DNA of 62,774 nucleotides, the filler included, from Choristocarpus tenellus KU-1152 (taxonomy: Eukaryota; Protista; Phaeophyceae): the NCBI GenBank assembly GCA_964200185.2. It is 11 parts of 11 records of this genome, joined end to end, with 100 filler letters (N's around TTAATTAATTAA, not from the genome) between each part and the next. Parts side by side here need not be neighbours in the genome. Positions count along the whole stretch, not along the records: positions 55,113 to 58,898 come from CAXNAD020017935.1; positions 58,999 to 62,774 come from CAXNAD020017988.1; 9 more parts are not named here. One strand, written 5' to 3'. Positions 58,677 through 62,774 of this stretch are shown here, in pieces. Positions within the stretch are counted from its first letter, which is position 1. Each line of letters begins with the position of its first letter. The position numbers and the translations under genes are program-made. The notes under the pieces are model-generated. The model did no database searches. It saw only the letters and a list, made by a program, of their open reading frames with translations, and had not been told where the DNA came from.

Positions 58677-58998
58677 AGGCTCTACCCTAACCCTAAGATA
58701 CTCTGACTCTGAAGTAGTCAGAAAGTCCCCTTTACAACATCGTCGAGGCCGCATCAAGCACAAGGTCCTCTTTATATCGGATGCCCCTTGTGGGAGATTA
58801 CGTTCTTTGCCGCCACTCTGAAGTCAACCCCACAAGACGCCTACAGAATATTAATTGAGCGGGTCAGGGTTCCGTACAAAACTCGCGGGGGAGGGGGGNN
58901 NNNNNNNNNNNNNNNNNNNNNNNNNNNNNNNNNNNNNNNNNNTTAATTAATTAANNNNNNNNNNNNNNNNNNNNNNNNNNNNNNNNNNNNNNNNNNNN

Positions 58999-60253
58999 CC
59001 CCTCCACCTCCAGAGGACCCTGTTTCATCACACAGGGTGGGGGGACAAGGATTTTTTTTCGGAGCGGTGGATTTAGAGTATCCCAGGCACGAAGGGAGCA
59101 CAGGTTATTGGCAAGTTGAAAGTGCAGCGATGATTCTTTTTTGTATCAGCTATATATAGTGATACTATATTCTGTGCCTATGGAGAATTTTCAGCCCTTG
59201 GTATCAACAACCAGATCCCTCTGCTCACAACACCTCGATAAAAATGGCATGCGCAGGTCCTGTTTTACGAGGGTAGGTAAGGCACGGGTTGCCACACGAG
59301 ATCAATATCAAAGCTAATATATCTTTGACAAGAGAGGAATCAAAATGAGCCAGCGAATAACAGATAGCGAGCGAGGGTGGGGTTGTGTCATCCTACTACG
59401 GTTGATTCGGGCAAAGGTGTCGTCAAGATGGTATAGAGAGGAAGTTCGATCACCTTTAGGCTTCGAGGGGAGCGGCGGCACGGAGCTGTAGGCTGCTGGA
59501 GCCGCAGGACGGTCCCATGTGGTCTCATTGGTGGTGGCATTGTGGAAATACTCCTGAAATTGTTGAGGCGTTTGGAGAATAATCGGAGGGGGGTGAGATT
59601 TGGCGCTATGCATGTAACCAAGAAAACAAAATAATCAAAAAGGACGAACATTGAAAAGGGTGAGGACCTCATCTCATGAATTCCTACACTTGATGTATCA
59701 TAGAAATATTGCCGGGGTCTTTAGGGGAAGCACAAGCAGGTTAGCGCAGACTGCCACACAACTCCAATCCAGTAAGCGCGTTGTCAGCAGCACTATACCA
59801 AGATCCATTATCCACGTCGAGACAATTAGGCGTTTGCAACGCTACCATAATAAAATTCAATAGTCTCTGGTGGAGTAGAATCAAACATTGACAAGGAACA
59901 CAGCATCATGTGGGTTTTCAGAGTATATGGAACGGAAATTCACCATATTCATCGGTCTCACAGGGTGTTAGACAACCTAGGTCATATTACACTTTACAAA
60001 ACTATAAACCCAACCATGCATCTTAGCACACATCTCTAGAGATACAAGCGCACTGCTGAAATCACATAGAAGCAAGCCGAGGGCTATAACAAGTCTTCAA
60101 GACCGACACCTTCCCTTTTAGGACTTTTCGGTGAAATACCAATGTGACCTTCTCGCAATCTCAGCAGCCCAAGCGGTCATATTTCTAATTCATATCCTCC
60201 CTTACCTTCCCATCTGCCGCCTTGTACACAGCCCAACCAGCTGGGAGCGACAT
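58999..60253 (-). CDS. WW-domain protein, 3'-partial. Exons 60253-60206, 59553-59454, 59019->58999
   Basis: MSLPAGWAVYKAADGK|EYFHNATTNETTWDRP followed by a Pro/Gly-rich tract. GT-AG introns. Confidence 0.88.
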
Positions 60254-60690
60254 GCCCGAAGGAATTATTCCACTTCCCAACTCCAATGCACCACCTAAAG
60301 TAGAATAAACCAATCAATCCCCCACTTCACCGAAACCCAAGCGCAAGAACGCACTCAGAATGAGAAACACCAAGGCCAACACTAGCCCTACGAGGCAAGA
60401 TCACTGTGTGGTCGTTGGTCCAGTGACTCTTGCTTTCTTTAGTGCGTCCTTGAGTTCAGAGTGAGACAGAAGTGGTAAAGAGTAACTCTATCTTTTGGAT
60501 ATTTTATTATTTCCAACAATGTTTGTTACATATACATGCCTTCAACACTACTACTATTTCTACATATCATTATCATTATATTGTTGTGTCTAAACTCCAT
60601 TTTAGGGTTAAGGCAGATGAAGAAACCCAAAGACCTTTCAACTGAAGTGAAGGGAGGGGTGAGATTAATCATTGACAACATCCCAGTACT

Positions 60691-62464
60691 ATGTCCGACG
60701 ACAAGAGCAAAGAGAAAGTTCCTGTGACCGAGGTGCTTGAGGAGGATGACGAGTTTGAGGTGGGTCTGGACAAAGTTCTCTTGTGTCAAACCAAGTGGCC
60801 GACCCTACCCCTTTTCTTAGTTCACATCTTTGTGTATCCGAGTAGGCACAGTCAATATGCTGTTTCTTATTAAACAAAATTGCCGTCTTGGGCACCTCCG
60901 GAAAGGTCGATGTTTACCTGATCCTGGTTGTGAAGGAATCATGGAAGAGTACACGATATTGGTTGGCTGTGTACAGAACAGATATTGCTAGATCCTTTGG
61001 TCTGAAACTAGTACCTTACCATGACAGGGATGCATCTCTGAGACATGACATCTGCCAAAAATGTGAAGCAATCCTCTTCTTAAGTAGCTGTGAGTGCTTG
61101 AATACCACCCGTGGAAATGCAAAATCATGAGTTTTGGGGAACTCTCGGCATCGAACTGCCCTCCTGATAAAGGAGGACAGAACTATAACGCTGACGGGTT
61201 AAACACAATACTCAACCTCAGTACCCTAAAAAAATGTCTTAACCCTTTTTTTCATGGCTAAGCTTCGTGCCACAGGCTATGTTGTAATCCATATGTGATA
61301 TATGTTGTCTTCTAGCTTGACCACCTCGCCTCCGAGATCAATGCATTCTTTGCTAAGAAAGCCTGCACCGAGACTCAATCCCTTACGTGAACGCTCTCAA
61401 ACTAATACATGTTGCGCAACAAGAAGCTTGTCTACCGCAAGTCTCCTTGTATAGTACTGCAATTGCTTTCTCTCTCTCCCTTGCATCTGATTCTAACCAT
61501 TGCCAATATCGATGTCTCCTGTTGTTTTGACAGGAGTTTGCAGAGGCAAACTGGGATGCGACTGCGGAGGATTTTGATGATCTTCAGCAGTGGCAGGTTT
61601 GCACCAGGGGTTAGGACGACTTTGTTCAAATATCCGGTATTTGCTAATATCATGGGCAGATGCTACAGGTCAACAGGAAATGGGATGAAATATCGGTTGG
61701 GGCCTTGTTCGAACCACAGGCCAAGAGTCCAGACCCTTACCATGATTGTCCGCATGTCTCTGAAATATATATATGCGGCTAATATGAGGAGGAAATTCTC
61801 CTGAACTGTTCCTTGTGCAACAGTAGGAAGGTGTAGTGTGGCTAGAAAGAGCTTGACACTGCAGTGCACTCTAAAATCCCTTGTATTGCTCCTCTTAAAC
61901 CGTCTGTAACTTGAATTTTGATCAGGATTAGATTATAGATCTATGCATGTTTCATGACTACTTATGGTGGCATAATCATGTGGCAGCACCCGCCTCTGTT
62001 GATGCAAGCGGAGAGCAAAGTGAGATTGTTCCTCAAAATAAAAACTTGGCGGAACATGTAGTTCTTCAGGCAGGTAGATCTATTATACGCAGCAATGCAG
62101 GGCCTTGACTTGACCCATAAGCCAAGTCATGAGGTGGTTGGTGTGCTTGTGTGAGTCCGAGGTTTTATATATTATATATTTATGTATATGCACATTAGTG
62201 TCCTCCTGTTTCTGTAGTGAGACACGGCATTCGTTGTGAGAGAGCAACATGCTGTTGTATGTGGCCATTGTGTGTTGAATGCTATATGATACCGCTGCAG
62301 TGATAACGTCACCACACTTCTGCATGTATGTGTGTGCCTTAAAACCACAGGATGATTGGGATGATGATGACCTCGATGACGACTTCTGTAACCAGTTGAG
62401 AGCTGAACTGGCAAAGACAGGCAATGATGTGGGCGCGGGGGGAAAGGCGACAGCCAAAGCGTGA
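60691..62464 (+). CDS. SEM1: SEM1/DSS1 proteasome subunit, 3 exons (60691-60759, 61534-61596, 62351-62464), 81 aa
   Basis: LEEDDEFE|EF...W...QQWQ|DDWDDDDLDDDFCNQLRAEL. Confidence 0.96.
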
Positions 62465-62774
62465 CACCATAGAACCGGGTTAGTTATCAAAGGATATTTG
62501 GCCCTATGGATATATGGGGGGATGGGTGGGGGGAATGCTTCAGACGAGCTGACAGGAGGACAGAGGTAATACAACTGCAAGTTCAATTGGGGGGGGGGGG
62601 CAGATCTTTGCATGGGATGGCAGGAGGGTGGATGGCGGCTGAGTGGATGTATTGCTGCAGTTTAGGTGTCCTCTCATGTCAAGGGAGGAGGGGGGGGGGG
62701 GGGGGGGGGAAGATGGGCGGCCAACGAGGTGTTTTTTTTTTCCCCCCGAGGCATTGGGGTGGGACCCGGTGGAA

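Larger units (their letters stand above)
57670..58709 (-). mobile_element. MITE family copy G, interrupted by a 772-bp foreign insert (57906-58677)
   Basis: 57670-57905 plus 58678-58709 rejoin (ggacgt|ggctctaccct) into the reverse complement of the family sequence. Confidence 0.9.

Noticed and set aside
57906-58677. Insert as a nested transposon or organellar DNA
   Set aside because: There are no TIRs or TSD at its edges, and gyrA is not a normal gene of algal plastid or mitochondrial genomes.

Overview
This is eukaryotic nuclear DNA and it is not contiguous. Eleven unrelated contigs are joined by ten artificial 100-nt linkers (44 N + TTAATTAATTAA + 44 N), so gene neighbourhoods across linkers mean nothing. 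Intron-rich genes, nuclear chlD, MSH1 and TTAGGG repeats point to a photosynthetic stramenopile, probably in or near the brown algae (inference). Complete genes reconstructed by hand are a GH1 beta-glucosidase, TMEM208/SND2 and SEM1/DSS1. Partial genes are WDR59, PP1 catalytic subunit, a HUWE1/UPL1-like ligase, ChlD, MSH1 and a WW-domain protein. There are also decayed mariner, gypsy and probable piggyBac elements, and a ~260-bp MITE family seen 6-7 times. The best observation is one MITE copy (57670-58709) that carries a clean 772-bp insertion of AT-rich bacterial DNA. It contains a pseudogenised Rickettsiaceae-like gyrA 3' end, a convergent Rpn-like 3' end and the 5' end of a third gene. Both TIRs of that copy are remodelled into telomere repeats. 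Other oddities are frequent AAG splice acceptors, interstitial telomeric micro-islands, a 29-nt hairpin array and an interleaved A-B-A'-B' inverted repeat. There is no CRISPR array or prokaryotic operon. All homology calls come from motif recognition, not database searches.
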